Assembly (NCBI GenBank): GCA_002633005.1
Contig: NMRA01000116.1
Location: forward strand, 628,521-692,520
Direction of reading: 5' to 3'
DNA: 64,000 bases
Source of the DNA: Phoronis australis
Lineage: Eukaryota > Animalia > Phoronida
Within the stretch, counting starts at the first letter, position 1. Each line of letters begins with the position of its first letter. Below, in pieces: positions 1-12,058 of this stretch. Position numbers and translations under genes: made by a program. The notes under the pieces were generated by a model, which did not search any database, was not told where the DNA came from, and worked only from the letters and a program-made list of their open reading frames with translations.

Positions 1-987
1 ATATGGCAGACAATTAACATTTTATTTCTTGTTTTTTCCCTTAAGAGCTCAGTGCATCAAATAAAAGCTTCACCAGTTCTAAGTTGTATAAAATAGTTAT
101 CATCTGAGTTGATGTTTTTAGAAATTGTGGACACTCTCAACACAGCTTTGGAAGTTTTTGAGAACTGTTACACGGGCTATGTCCGAACTTGGTGAAATTT
201 CACCCCACATGTATTTAAATTCTATGTAACGAACTACCAACAAATTTACTCCAGCAACCGACAGTGTGGTCTACACCATTGCAAGGTTACATTTGAACCA
301 GTAACCAGTAGAGTATTTCAACAAAGATAGGAAGTCTTTGGATATAGATATCGTACTGTCTCTTGATAAAAGTTAATAAGCAATAGAGTTACTATTGATA
401 GAGTAATTAAGTTTATCAACAGAGATAGTAACTTTATTGATGTAGTTTACAAGTATATCAATAGAGATGGTAAGCCTGTCAGACTCGATAGATATCATAA
501 CGAGTTTGTCGGGAGAGAAAGGACTGAATGAAAAAATTCCTGTGCTGTCCTTATACAACCACCATAGATTTACGCCACAAGTGCTTGAACTAAAAGATCA
601 AAACCAAACAATTGATGTTGTTTTTTAATTTCCTACAGGAAAACGATGCCAGGAGCAATGCAAGTACAGTTGATTTACAAAATGACATAAGACAGATCAA
701 CATCGTATCTTTGATATAATTCAGTCAAACTGACCAAAAGATACAAAGTAAATGAGTCATGTAAGATTATCACAACGTTACAAGTCAACAATGTATACTC
801 AGAACTATGTTTCTTTGGAATTGAAATGCTAACAATTGAACTATGAATCAAATCGCTAGAGCTTATAAAATTGAATATGTCAATCTCAATATGGCGTGGA
901 AATATGTTGCAAACATTTAAGTCATGTCTGCACGCCATCTGTTGGCCACATCCTGTGACCTAATGAATACAAGTCCAAAAAGATTTC

Positions 988-1060
988 TGCCCCCATCGGG
1001 ACTTGAACCCAGGACCTTCTGCTAACCGTGCAGACGCTCTAGCCACTGAGCCATCGAGAC
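988..1060 (-). pseudogene. tRNA look-alike (pseudo-tRNA or repeat head)
   Basis: GTCTCGATGGCTCAGTGGCTAGAGCGTCTGCACGGTTAGCAGAAGGTCCTGGGTTCAAGTCCCGATGGGGGCA. Intact D and anticodon stems and A/B boxes, T5 just downstream, but non-canonical anticodon loop (ACGGTTA) and mismatched acceptor and T stems. Confidence 0.7.
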
Positions 1061-3883
1061 CACCGGTCAAACACAGAAATCTAATCAAACTTAAATGTTT
1101 TCAACTTATAAAATTGGTCAGGTAATATTCCTTACCATGATAGCACTCAGTTTTTATTACCAACATCGAGACCATCAACAAGTTAGGAAAAGGTTTCAGA
1201 ATTAATTGTGGTTGGCCAATACTAAAATTGCGTAGTAAAAAATGGCGCATGCATCGCCTGTAACTTGAGATGTCAGACCATTCAGCATCAGGTCATGATC
1301 GGATAAGTGCCGTAATGTTTTAAACCCGGCCAAGAAGAATTCAACTTTGACAGGTAGAGCAGCCAAATACCATTGATAACACTTCCAGATTTAGTCAAAA
1401 TCAATACAATTGATCCCCAATGCAAAACAGTTGAATGTATGATAGTTTCAGAAAAGCATCGTGTCACGATATTTAATATAGGTCTCATCTTTAATCGCGT
1501 AATTATGTTTCACAGAGTATCGAAACAAGTGACCTCATTAGAGAAATGTTTAGAACACTAATTTTATAAGTCAATGAGTCATTTAAATGGGTTATATCTC
1601 GCTAAAGCCTTGATCGTGTAAATTAATTTTTGCTTTCAAACAACCCATGGTGTTCTAGTATCCTGAGCTCACTGAGAGTTAGCTGAAGTGAAAATTCTGG
1701 GTCTGTTTTCCAAGAATATTTTGTATCAAATTATGCAATGGTGACTGAAGGACCAAAGCCAGCCAAGTTGTTGAAAACAACTAATAAGTTAACTTGATGC
1801 ACCTCTGAGTCTTAAGATGGTGGTGTGGGTGTGGGTGTCATATTAAAGTCACACACAATGCAAATTAAATCACAAATTTCTAACTGGAATTATTTGGGTT
1901 AGCAGAGGTGAAACTTTCTGTTGAAGAAATCAATGAACTCTATTCAGTCCACGGTGTTATCAAATGTAATAACTACAAATCATAAAAAACAACGAATTCC
2001 ACCCCAAAATTTAAACCACAAATGGTTTTCAAAGATGGCTTTTAACACAGGGCTTCAACCCCATAAGGGCATTTCATAAAAATCCAAATCCCAGTAAACC
2101 GCAAAAGTAACCCAATGACCTTCCTGATTTGGGATCAGCCAATCTAAGAAACCTGTCCAGATGCCGAGGCTATAGATTTGTGGACTCTGCATTTGCTCAC
2201 ATTTCTATTTCGTGTTGGTTAATATGATGAGTGCATCCCCTGCAAACCCACACACAGCTAGCCCAGACTTGGCCATTACCCTAATGGCAACTGATCAATT
2301 CAATTCTGCTCGAGGTTATTAGTTTTCCAGTCATAATGTTTGCAGTTTTCATTCCAAACAAGGCTCAAGTGCGAAACGCCTGTTCCAGATTGTAATTACA
2401 ATTCCCCGAGAATTTACCAGGTGGCGCAAGTTAAAATTTACATATTCAAGGTTTTAATGAGATGAGATCTTTAAGTCTTTTAAAGGACAAAGGATTGTTT
2501 CTAAATATTTTGGAAAGAGCACATGATGTTTAATTTTACATTGCATGCAAGTGGCCAGTCTGGTATTCCGGAACAATCTTAAAACCCCAGCCCAAGTGCC
2601 ATTTCAGATGTCAAACTGAAATGGTCGACTATACGATTTCTGAAAAACTAAGTCAATTTGGTCCTTCCAACAATCGTGTTGGGAGAGGTCAGCTGGAGAT
2701 ACATGAAACCCAAGTTACCTGACCCCACTGTCCGTTTTCTATACGAGTTATGGTGTTGAGGGAGATTTGTTTTTTAAATGTTACGCCCAAGACTTAATAA
2801 CTTTAGGTAAACTCTTTTGAAGGCCAAATTTAAAATGTAAAAAAAGGAAATACACACAATTCTAAAGTATGCTAGTGGTCCTATTTTATGCAAATTTCCA
2901 CTTTTGTGTTTTTTTTCAAATTGCGTTATCATAACATAATTTAATGTCAATTTTTCCAATTTCACAACTGCTCTGCAATAGGAATAATCCCACTGAACAT
3001 AAGCACACCATCGTATCTTGGTAAAGTGAACATCCCTCAGGAAAATGTTCTCTAAGTACAACTTGTTCTCAGGGGTGACCATTACGAATTGTTTTCACAA
3101 AAATTAATTGATTTTGATCTTCCTGAAAATTGCCATAGTGGATGATTTTCTCAGACATCATCTCTTAAACACAGAATTGAGCATGCAGGACACAAGCTTT
3201 GTGAAAAAAGCTTGAATAACTGACAGAACTCCCAGCTACGTTAAGACAAAAATTTCTCATGTAGTGTATACGACCAGAATGGCATGAAATGATGAGTCAA
3301 ATTAACATAAGCAGAGCAGGACTATTATTTTCAGATTGGTGAGGATTTGGAAGATAATGACCATAGCAATCACAACATGTCAATTTAACTGCTTTGTCTG
3401 TGAAGCCAGTGACAGGGTCAAACCCTGGAGTGAATACAAGTTAAAAACAAGAGCTAGATAGTACAAAGCTGTGCATGGAGATAATAAGTCTACAAAGCAT
3501 TGCAACTCATTGTTACTTGAAAGGGTTTTTAGCTTACACTAGTATAGAATTATACCAGTAGAAATATATGAAGACAGTGTCAGTCATTATAAACAAAATG
3601 GATTGTTAAAAAACTGAATGAAAATTTTGTAGCGGTTGTATTCTGAAATGTCAAATTAACAGACAAGATCACACGTTGCATGGATAAGGATTCACACTGA
3701 TGAGCGGAAAATGGAAGGGCTGATAAAAGTTGGTCATTCAAACGTTATCATATATGCATAGTAAATGAAAAAAGATGTAGGGTATGTGCATTATTTCAAA
3801 CATTTCAACACGTTAGAGTGACCAACACTTAGTGAACTTAAAATCGAGTATACCAGACCAGTCAACCGAACATTGGCAAATGC

Positions 3884-4011
3884 AATCCTGGTAGGATTCG
3901 CTAGCCAATAATGATGCCAGTCATGTAATCCTGGTAGGATTCGCTAGCCAATAATGATGCCAGTCATGTAATCCTGGTAGGATTCGCTAGCCAATAATGA
4001 TGCCAGTCATG
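3884..4011. repeat. Tandem repeat, 43 bp x 3
   Basis: AATCCTGGTAGGATTCGCTAGCCAATAATGATGCCAGTCATGT at 3884, 3927 and 3970. Confidence 0.97.
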
Positions 4012-5289
4012 CTTTTCGTTCCATTATTGAAACTAATTTGCCACGATGATTCTTCAAGAGGTTTGGCAGACAAATAACCAGATACCACAAGTGAATACTA
4101 ATTTTTCATGAAGGGCACAACAAAAGGCAGAACTGGCCACACATGTCATCCTCTCTGAGATCCTTCAAACTTTAGGCAAATACCAAAATTCCCACAAGAG
4201 GGCATCGGATTCGTGAAAAATGACCAGAAACTTTTGTCAGCAAGTTTTTTCGTTAGTAGGAACATTTGTAAAAAAATTGTGACAATTCTTCAAACTGTTT
4301 AGCAGATATAAAGGTGAATGTCAAGAAACGGACACCAAAATTGCACTGAAATTGTCATTATGTCATGCAGGACATGTCAGAGCCAGGGGGTGAAAACCGG
4401 GCAGATGTTGTCTTTTTAAAAAAAAACCTCTGTCAATTTTCAAGAAGCTTATCCAAGGAAGATCTGAGAAAATAAAATTCCAACAATTGACCACAGCTGC
4501 ACTAATCTGTCTGAAAGCCAGTGTAAGTCCGATGCTCTCATTAGCAGGAACATATATTACTAAATTCCATGACGAAAGAACCAGTGAGTATTCAGGAAAC
4601 TACAAAATAATGAAACTGTCACCTAGTGGACATAAGAGTAGTCAGATTTCTCTGAAAATCAATGTCAATCATGGTTCTTTTATTTGAAGCATATCTGTCA
4701 AATTACTATCATTTGACAGAGAGACCGAAAAAATACCAGACACAAAAATAATATTACCACTTGAGACTGTAGAAAATGACGGAGCTGTCTAAAAATTGTT
4801 GGGTGACATCCCCTTCTCGATACAAACATAAGATGCCAAACTTCGTAAAGACCAATTGTGGAACTTCCCAGGCATAAAAATGCACCAAAAATAAAAATGC
4901 AACTTTCGAGTGTTGATTTGAGCCCACGGTGCATTGCACACGATACGTTCCTGGAAGTTTAACGTAACACAACACATAAAATCTCCACAAGTGGTAGGCA
5001 ATCATTACAAAAAACTGCTGGTATCGAATATAAAAACATCAACTAAAACTTGTATTTACATGAGGAGTGGTTTTGTAAACTTTAAAGAGAAATAAACAAT
5101 GCACCTGATATACACTACAAACAAGGTAATTAAACTTAATTAATGGATGGCTATGTCATTGATGGAGTGTACTCATAAAAACATATTAATTGTGTACGCA
5201 TGTTTTTGTTCATTCTTTAAAAAAACACTGAATTGATCTTACAGCATCACCTAACAGCAGAACCAACTGAAAAAGAAATTACAGTGCAT

Positions 5290-7355
5290 CCCATAGCTGT
5301 ACCTTCTGACCAGTGCAGCCACTTTGACCGCAATCTATAACCAAAAAAGATGGTCAAAAACTTGAGTAGCCACTAAGGGCTTTAAACGCTTTCAAATCCC
5401 TCTTATAATGAACAGATGCCACTTTTATATCCACGTGGAAAGTTTCACCAAGATCCATCACTCATTTAATTCTGAATAATTCACAGGCAAGGAATATCCT
5501 GTTACCATTAATAAGGCCACTAGAGGGTGCTAACATCCATCCACAAATTGGCTGATGTTGATTTATTCCAAACTTAGTACATCGGTGTCAATTTCCAGAT
5601 TACCCCGATTTGTTCTACAGATATTATCCAGAAAAATTTCCTCCCAAAAACATTAAAAAAGCTCTTTGATCATGCCACTAAAAGGGTTCTTCAGTGGTTG
5701 AATCTACTAAAAAATCGACTGGTGCCGGCACACTGCCATGAAAGTGAATACATAAATTAAATGTAAGATGGAAACACCAGAATATAATAGCACGCATGAC
5801 CTTACAAGAGACTCTTGGGAAGATTCATCAACGCTGCTAAAACCCCCAAGAGTCACCTTAAAAACATTAAAAACACCAACTCCCCTTAATTACATGACTG
5901 TACAAAATTAGCCAAAGTATCACAACATAGGTTTGGATAATCTACAGTAATACACATCATAAGAAGATAAAATAAAACAGAAAGAAACAAGAACACAACA
6001 AAAGCACATACATAATGCATGCTGGCAGGGCATTAATTCCAAAATAAAGGACACAAAAAGTAGTAAAAGGTCAGCTGATGGACATTAAGTTTAAATATAC
6101 ATACAGAAAGCAAAGGAAAACTTCATGAATATCATTTGCGAGAATTACATACAAAGCAGTTTACGATACAATTTTCTGTGTAAAGTTCAATAGTATGCTT
6201 TTTGACAGGACATAAGAATCTGCATCAAATTTCATAGAAATCTGCCCAATGGTTCTCTAGATATCATCCGAAAATGATCCCCCAAAAATACCGGGAAACC
6301 CTGCCTCCCTGGCCTCAATGGCACTGGAGATTAAAAGTGACATGCACCATCATATTGATGACCTGCACCTTTGTACCAAAATTTCGTCAAAATTAGACCA
6401 GGGGGTTCTTGACTTATTGAAGAAAACTTATACAAAATGGCCACTAGGGGATGCTGCTGTATTTTAATCTGACAAAAATTGATTGGTGTTGACGCACAGC
6501 CGTCACACGATACCTCTATTTCAAGTTTCATTAAAATTTGTGAATCGCCTCTCTAGAAACTCTTCAAAAAATACTGAAAAGCCCCTTGTTAAGACAAAAA
6601 TGGCAGCGAGGAGGTGCTGTTATCAGACAACTGAGTGGTGCTGGCAGATTAACGTCACATAGCATTGCTTTAAGTTCCATAGAAATCCATCAATTATTGC
6701 TCTAGATATAATGCGGTAATGCAGAGGTTGAATACATTAAAAAATTGACTAGTGCCAGAAAATTGCCTTCACAAACACCAGTATGTCAAGTTTCATCAAA
6801 ATCTCCTGAAAGTACTAAAAATCATCTTGAGACTGAAATGGCTACAAGAGTGTACTGCAGTGGTCGAATCCACTGGTGCCAATGCATCATCGTCATATAC
6901 TCACGTCAAATTTTATTAAAATCCATCTATCCGTTATCTAGATATCACCCGGAAATGCTCTTCCCCAAAAAACACTGAACAGTCCTGTCCCTCTGGGTCT
7001 AACGGGCAGGGCACACGTCACCCTAGTGATTCCCCACGACAGGTGGTTTTTGAGATATCAAGCAGACAACTGAACACCCAGTCACGATGACAGCATGCGA
7101 TCTCTCGCATACGTAGACGCATAAAAATTGCCACTAGGTGGTGACACAGCAATCAATAAATTTGTCCGAAAACCACCCCCATCTGCCATAACACTCATAG
7201 GAGCACCTCTATCACAATTCAAAAAGATTCAGCAAGAAATTTAAGAGATTACTGTGGACACCCAAATTGGCATAAGATGGACAGACAGACGGATACCAGA
7301 CAGAGATGACGGCAATAGGCACCTAAATATGGACAAACATGGGAACATAAAACAA
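5290..7355 (+). mobile_element. Helentron/DINE-like element(s) with degenerate internal repeats of about 150-165 bp
   Basis: Recurring monomer (aagtttcatcaaaatc...ctagata...aaaa...GCCACTAG) in 5290-5830 and 6130-7260; GACA microsatellite at about 7280 and a degenerate terminal hairpin ending cataaaa. Confidence 0.6.
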
Positions 7356-7761
7356 GGTATGAATGGATGTAACTTCTTAACGTGATGCTGACCATCAGCA
7401 TAGACAACAAGTGAAAGTAAAATTACAAAAACATGTTATTGAGATGGCTTTCCACATGCTTTCAAAACATACTTGGATGTATTCATGTTTCTGTAAACAT
7501 CGAGCTATCAAAAGTTTCTAATACATGCAAGTTAGTTAACTCACTATATCTATGCCTTTGTCGCACAACCACGCCATTATTGCGAAATCACATTACAGCG
7601 GTACGTCTGAATTACTTTTTAATCTATTTCCTTGACTAATTAATATTTTACAATGTCTCAAATTATTGGCGAGATTCCCTCGAGATATGAACAGCCAAAT
7701 CAAATAACAAAATCATACTAGTTGTAATGATCTTGCGTGGATGAAATGGTCGTTTATGTCT

Positions 7762-7910
7762 AGAGAGAGAAAAAGAGAAAGGGCATTGGAGAGGAAAGGG
7801 GATAAGGAGGCAGAATTTAAATGGAAAGGGGGCGGTGGGGGAGAAAGGAAGAAAACAACAGAGAGAGGGAGGGGGAGGGAGAGAGAGGGAGGGGGAAGGC
7901 AAGGGAGAGA
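7762..7910. repeat. Polypurine (G/A-rich) low-complexity tract
   Basis: agagagaga...gagagagggagggggaggggagagagagggagggggaagg. Confidence 0.9.
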
Positions 7911-8276
7911 GTTTAACATGTCAAAAGACACATAAAGTGCAATCCTTAAAAAAACTTATTTGTAAAGGCGTTTTTTGTTTATTAATAGGGTTGCTAATTA
8001 TGGGGGTTTAATAAGGGTGTACGTCAGTTAGTGTTGTCCCAAACAGTGAATCGGGAATGTATTCTCTCTTGTCAATGGGATGTATGAGAATAATCAACCT
8101 CTAGCTTAAAATCCTAGAAATCAGATGAAACTTTTCATTTATGTTAAAATAACAATATTGGTTGAAATATGCGACGAAGGTACATTGGGTTAGCAATGTA
8201 AGGAATGATTTGTTTGATTTGCCCTTCAGTAAAATATGGTCTATAGGATTGGGATTGAATCTAGATTTCTACCTCT

Positions 8277-8745
8277 TTTAAAGGTTGGACCTCGAAAAAT
8301 GTTAAAATTTAGCTAACATCGGAATGTCATGAGTCAAAAACGACAGGTCGGATTCATATGACACTTCATATACTATGGTTTACGCACTCACGGTTGCCCA
8401 AAACATTTAGAAATTGTCTTAGGATGCGGCAGTTTTGCATCAGGGGCTTTCAAATACAGGCCTTCTAATGATTTTTATAAAAAAAAGAAAAGTTGCATAA
8501 AACAAAATGAGCAATGTTTTTGAGGCTTCATCTTCAACATTTATAGGATATAAAACTTGGTCGTGTTTCGCTATCATGAATTAAAAATTTTTTTTGGTAA
8601 TTTTTATACCTCAAATAATGACAGGCTATCATAAAGTCAAAAACCATATTCTACAGACTTTCTTTTTCAGAAAACACATACTTTTACAGGCTTAAATTTT
8701 ATAGTTTGGTAAACATTGGGCTAAATGCCTAGACTTGTCAATAAC
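8277..8745 (+). mobile_element. Second, partial copy of the 27878-28367 Kolobok-like family
   Basis: Starts TTAAAGGTT; shares gttgcataaaac, ttggtcg, ataaagtcaa, ttcagaaaa and ctagacttgtc in the same order. Confidence 0.6.
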
Positions 8746-9144
8746 GTTCTACAGGAGTATTGATCAGCAGAAACACCAAAGACTGAGTACATGGAGTCAG
8801 TTTGAAACAAATTGTAATTTTAAATCTCATAGATTATACATTTTGAAAGTTACCATCAGTGTATACAATTGATATCAGAACCCGAGTAACTAGACTTTGG
8901 TGTTCTGCACATTTCTTTACTCACGAAGAAACTTCAAGACATTCCAAGTTATTCCCCGTTCGAGAAGTTACGTACGGTTGAATCTGAGGTTCAATGTGGT
9001 TAGAGAGAGCTGGATATCTTCTTGAAAGGTATTATGCAATGCCAAGTGTTAACAAATTTATTATGATGCAAATGGAAAACAAAACTGAAGTGTGGCATAT
9101 TTGTAAATTAACTGCAGAAATTTCTCTTCAGTTTTATACAAAAA

Positions 9145-9335
9145 CATATTTGCCAAAATAATAACTATTCTATTTCTCAAACACTAGCTACGTTTTGTTA
9201 AAAATTTCAAAATATTACCAACTGAAGTTAAACGTTTGGTTTATGGTAGTTGTTCATACCAACTCATGTTAGTGATAGTCATGTTTTTCTCAAAATTTAT
9301 TTTTGTCGAGAAATTTGACAAAATCAAATTCCACA
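9145..9335 (+). repeat. Interspersed repeat fragment, also at about 13960-14160
   Basis: Shared ttatttttgtygagaaatttgacaaaa and upstream ttctattt / catacc segments. Confidence 0.6.
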
Positions 9336-11436
9336 AGTAAGTTGTGTGCTAAAAGGAAGAGAGATTATCACATGCAATAAGTGTTCTAGCCACGCACATA
9401 TTTATTTTCATGTTTCCTTATAATTTTGCCTAAAATCACATTGTATTATAATCAGGGCGGGTGGCCCAAACTACTGAAATAAAGTATTATAACATCAGAT
9501 GCACCAAAATAATTCCAAGTTTCAAGTGGTTGTACTTCCAACAATTTTGTGCAAGTGTTTCTGAAACTATGTACATACAACATAGGGAAAATTCTTCACA
9601 ATGTTAGGGAATTCGTCCTCATTGCTATCATGGTATTATGTTTTGACACCACACAAAATTCAAACCTTCAGGCTTAAGAATAAATGTCATGCACACGGCT
9701 GATATGAGTGGAAACATAACGGTTATCATTAAAAAATCCAGTACAAAGTTGTATCGTCGTACTCACTCAAATGATGTATCATTGATATCTGTCAGCCAAC
9801 TCTTTATTGGTGATTCAGCTAATCATGGTTTTCACAGCTGCAGACAAGGCAGTTACTGAGGCATGTTTTGTGCAAAGGTTTGAGTTGACATTGTGAGAAA
9901 TAAGTGAAGCCATCATCGCTGGCGTTTTAAAGCTAAAATGTTGTTCAAAGCGATTGTGAAATCTGTTTAATCCATTGAAATGTTTGGGAAATCTTTCATT
10001 ATTAAATCCCTGTACTGATTGTGACAGTAATGTTTCAGCTTCAGCTGCCTGTGGGATATTTTTAGCCAATACTTTTTCACGTGCTTTGTTATTAATTTAA
10101 AGCCCAAATCTTCTGAAATTTATTCCACTTACTGTTACTAGGATTGTGGAAATGTTTGCATTCATACAGTCAAGTGAAACTGTTGGAATCACAGCCAAGA
10201 AAGTGTTTTGACACATGTAGTTCGTAGATTTCCTTGTCTTACATGGTGGTTGAATAACTTATGATACAAGTGAACATTACAAGTTCAATAACTCGTGGGT
10301 CTAATTCTAACTTGAAGTTGGAAAATTTTGATTTGTGTAGCTTTAACAATACAAGACATGCTAACAACAAACAAAGCCATCCAAGTTAGCACTTAAAAGA
10401 AAAAATCAATATAGTTATGGAGTACTAACGTGGGGTGACTAATTGATAACTTTTTACTTGAATGACAAAAACTTTCAGCAAGCACGTTGCTGTTACAGTT
10501 TTCTAGCTAGTTGTCATTAAGTCTAACTGACATTTAATTTGTGCAAATCATGTTTCTTAGTAACTGGCTAGGTGTTAATGAACAAGTTCCTCTTTTTATT
10601 TTACATATAGAACGAGAAAAAACCTGTAACCCAACATTGGGCCATTGGTGGCATAATGTTCCCGGGGACTACCTGGTTACACAGGTAGGATCACTATTAA
10701 CAAACTTCATCCACTCAGTTTCAAGCTTCTGACTGCAGGCCTATCATTTGCAATCAGACTCAAGCAAGGAATAAACCAACAGCAGAATATCACCAATTTT
10801 TGACACAACATGGACGACAAGTGAAATACTTTTTTATTTTTTCATAAAGGATATGAAGTACTAAAAATGAATAAAAGGATAATCAATTTTAAATTCTCTA
10901 CGATAGCTACCACAAGATAATGTTTTGAGGGATTGTGAATGTTCACAGCAAAGTCAAAATCCTACAAGATTAAGAAATTTACTTTTGTCCAAAATTGAAG
11001 CGATTTTATCGAAAATGAAATAATATTTCCTCAGAATGCAGAAACATACAATGCAATCCACTTCCTTGGCCAATTTACCAGCCATTAAACAGTCACAGCT
11101 TTGTTATTCTCCATTCATTTAGATTTGTGCCTGGCTGTAATTGACCTATCGCAAGCTCCGCCCACTTGCAAAATGTTGACAAACAAACAATAATTTTTAC
11201 CCAGCAACGTGTTATTGTCGGGTAAAATGGCGGCTTGGAAACAAAGGTGTGTCAAGAATGCTACATTCTGACTGATCAGTTCAGCCGTCACTCAAAATCC
11301 TGGCGATAGGTCAATAATCAACACTACAACAGTGAAAGTTTGAAGTCTAATTGAGAAAGACTAAAATCTTGACTGTAAGAAAACAAGAACACGAAAACAC
11401 AAATGTATGGTAGTAAGTTTTAGTCCCATATTACAA

Positions 11437-11536
11437 ACCTGGACAAGGATGGCATACCTGGACAAGGATGGCATACCTGGACAAGGATGGCATACCTGGA
11501 CAAGGATGGCATACCTGGACAAGGATGGCATACCTG
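11437..11536. repeat. Tandem repeat, 19 bp x about 5.3
   Basis: ACCTGGACAAGGATGGCAT, identical copies. Confidence 0.97.
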
Positions 11537-11906
11537 ACAGAGATAATAAGAGCTGCTAAGATAAACTATTCAATAAAGGTGTTTTTAAGAAGTAAGATAG
11601 TCTTTGTGTTATATCAGAGCTGTTGTGTGAAACTAATTATTTATCAGCGAATGGTTAAAATGTGAGCTAACCTGAACTGATTCAAAACTGAACTGAAATG
11701 TTTAGATTTTTACAATACCCTGCTGGGCTATAGGTCCACACACAGATTTTTCTCAGAACTGGAGTTTAAAAATTCACTATTTCCAGTACTGGACAGAAGT
11801 TCTTTTCAGTTTATCTACAGTGAAATTCCCAGGCTCAATACAAGAATCAGAAAGCATGTGGTTCAATAGAAGGGCCAATGCCTAGGGCTCTATACCAAAG
11901 TCAGCA

Positions 11907-12058
11907 CCTCTGGCTCAATACAGTATTCACTGGCTCACTGCCTCTGGCTCAATACAGTATTCACTGGCTCACTGCCTCTGGCTCAATACAGTATTCACTG
12001 GCTCACTGCCTCTGGCTCAATACAGTATTCACTGGCTCACTGCCTCTGGCTCAATACA
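11907..12058. repeat. Tandem repeat, 34 bp x about 4.5
   Basis: CCTCTGGCTCAATACAGTATTCACTGGCTCACTG, identical copies. Confidence 0.97.

Noticed and set aside
988-1060. Functional tRNA-Thr(GGT)
   Set aside because: Lacks U33 and purine 37, with mismatches in the acceptor and T stems; kept only as a tRNA look-alike.
7663-7935. Pro/Ser- and Arg/Glu/Gly-rich ORFs
   Set aside because: Translations of the polypurine tract.
8924-9020. Minus-strand exon-like segment with a GTGAGT donor as the next ATP9 exon
   Set aside because: The only open frame (RYPALSNHIEPQ...) has no similarity to the expected VGLLDLE.N.LTK sequence, and phase 0 hits a stop.
11437-12058. Direct repeats as a CRISPR array
   Set aside because: Head-to-tail units with no unique spacers, no cas genes, and eukaryotic context. 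The same applies to 3884-4011 and 21182-21445.
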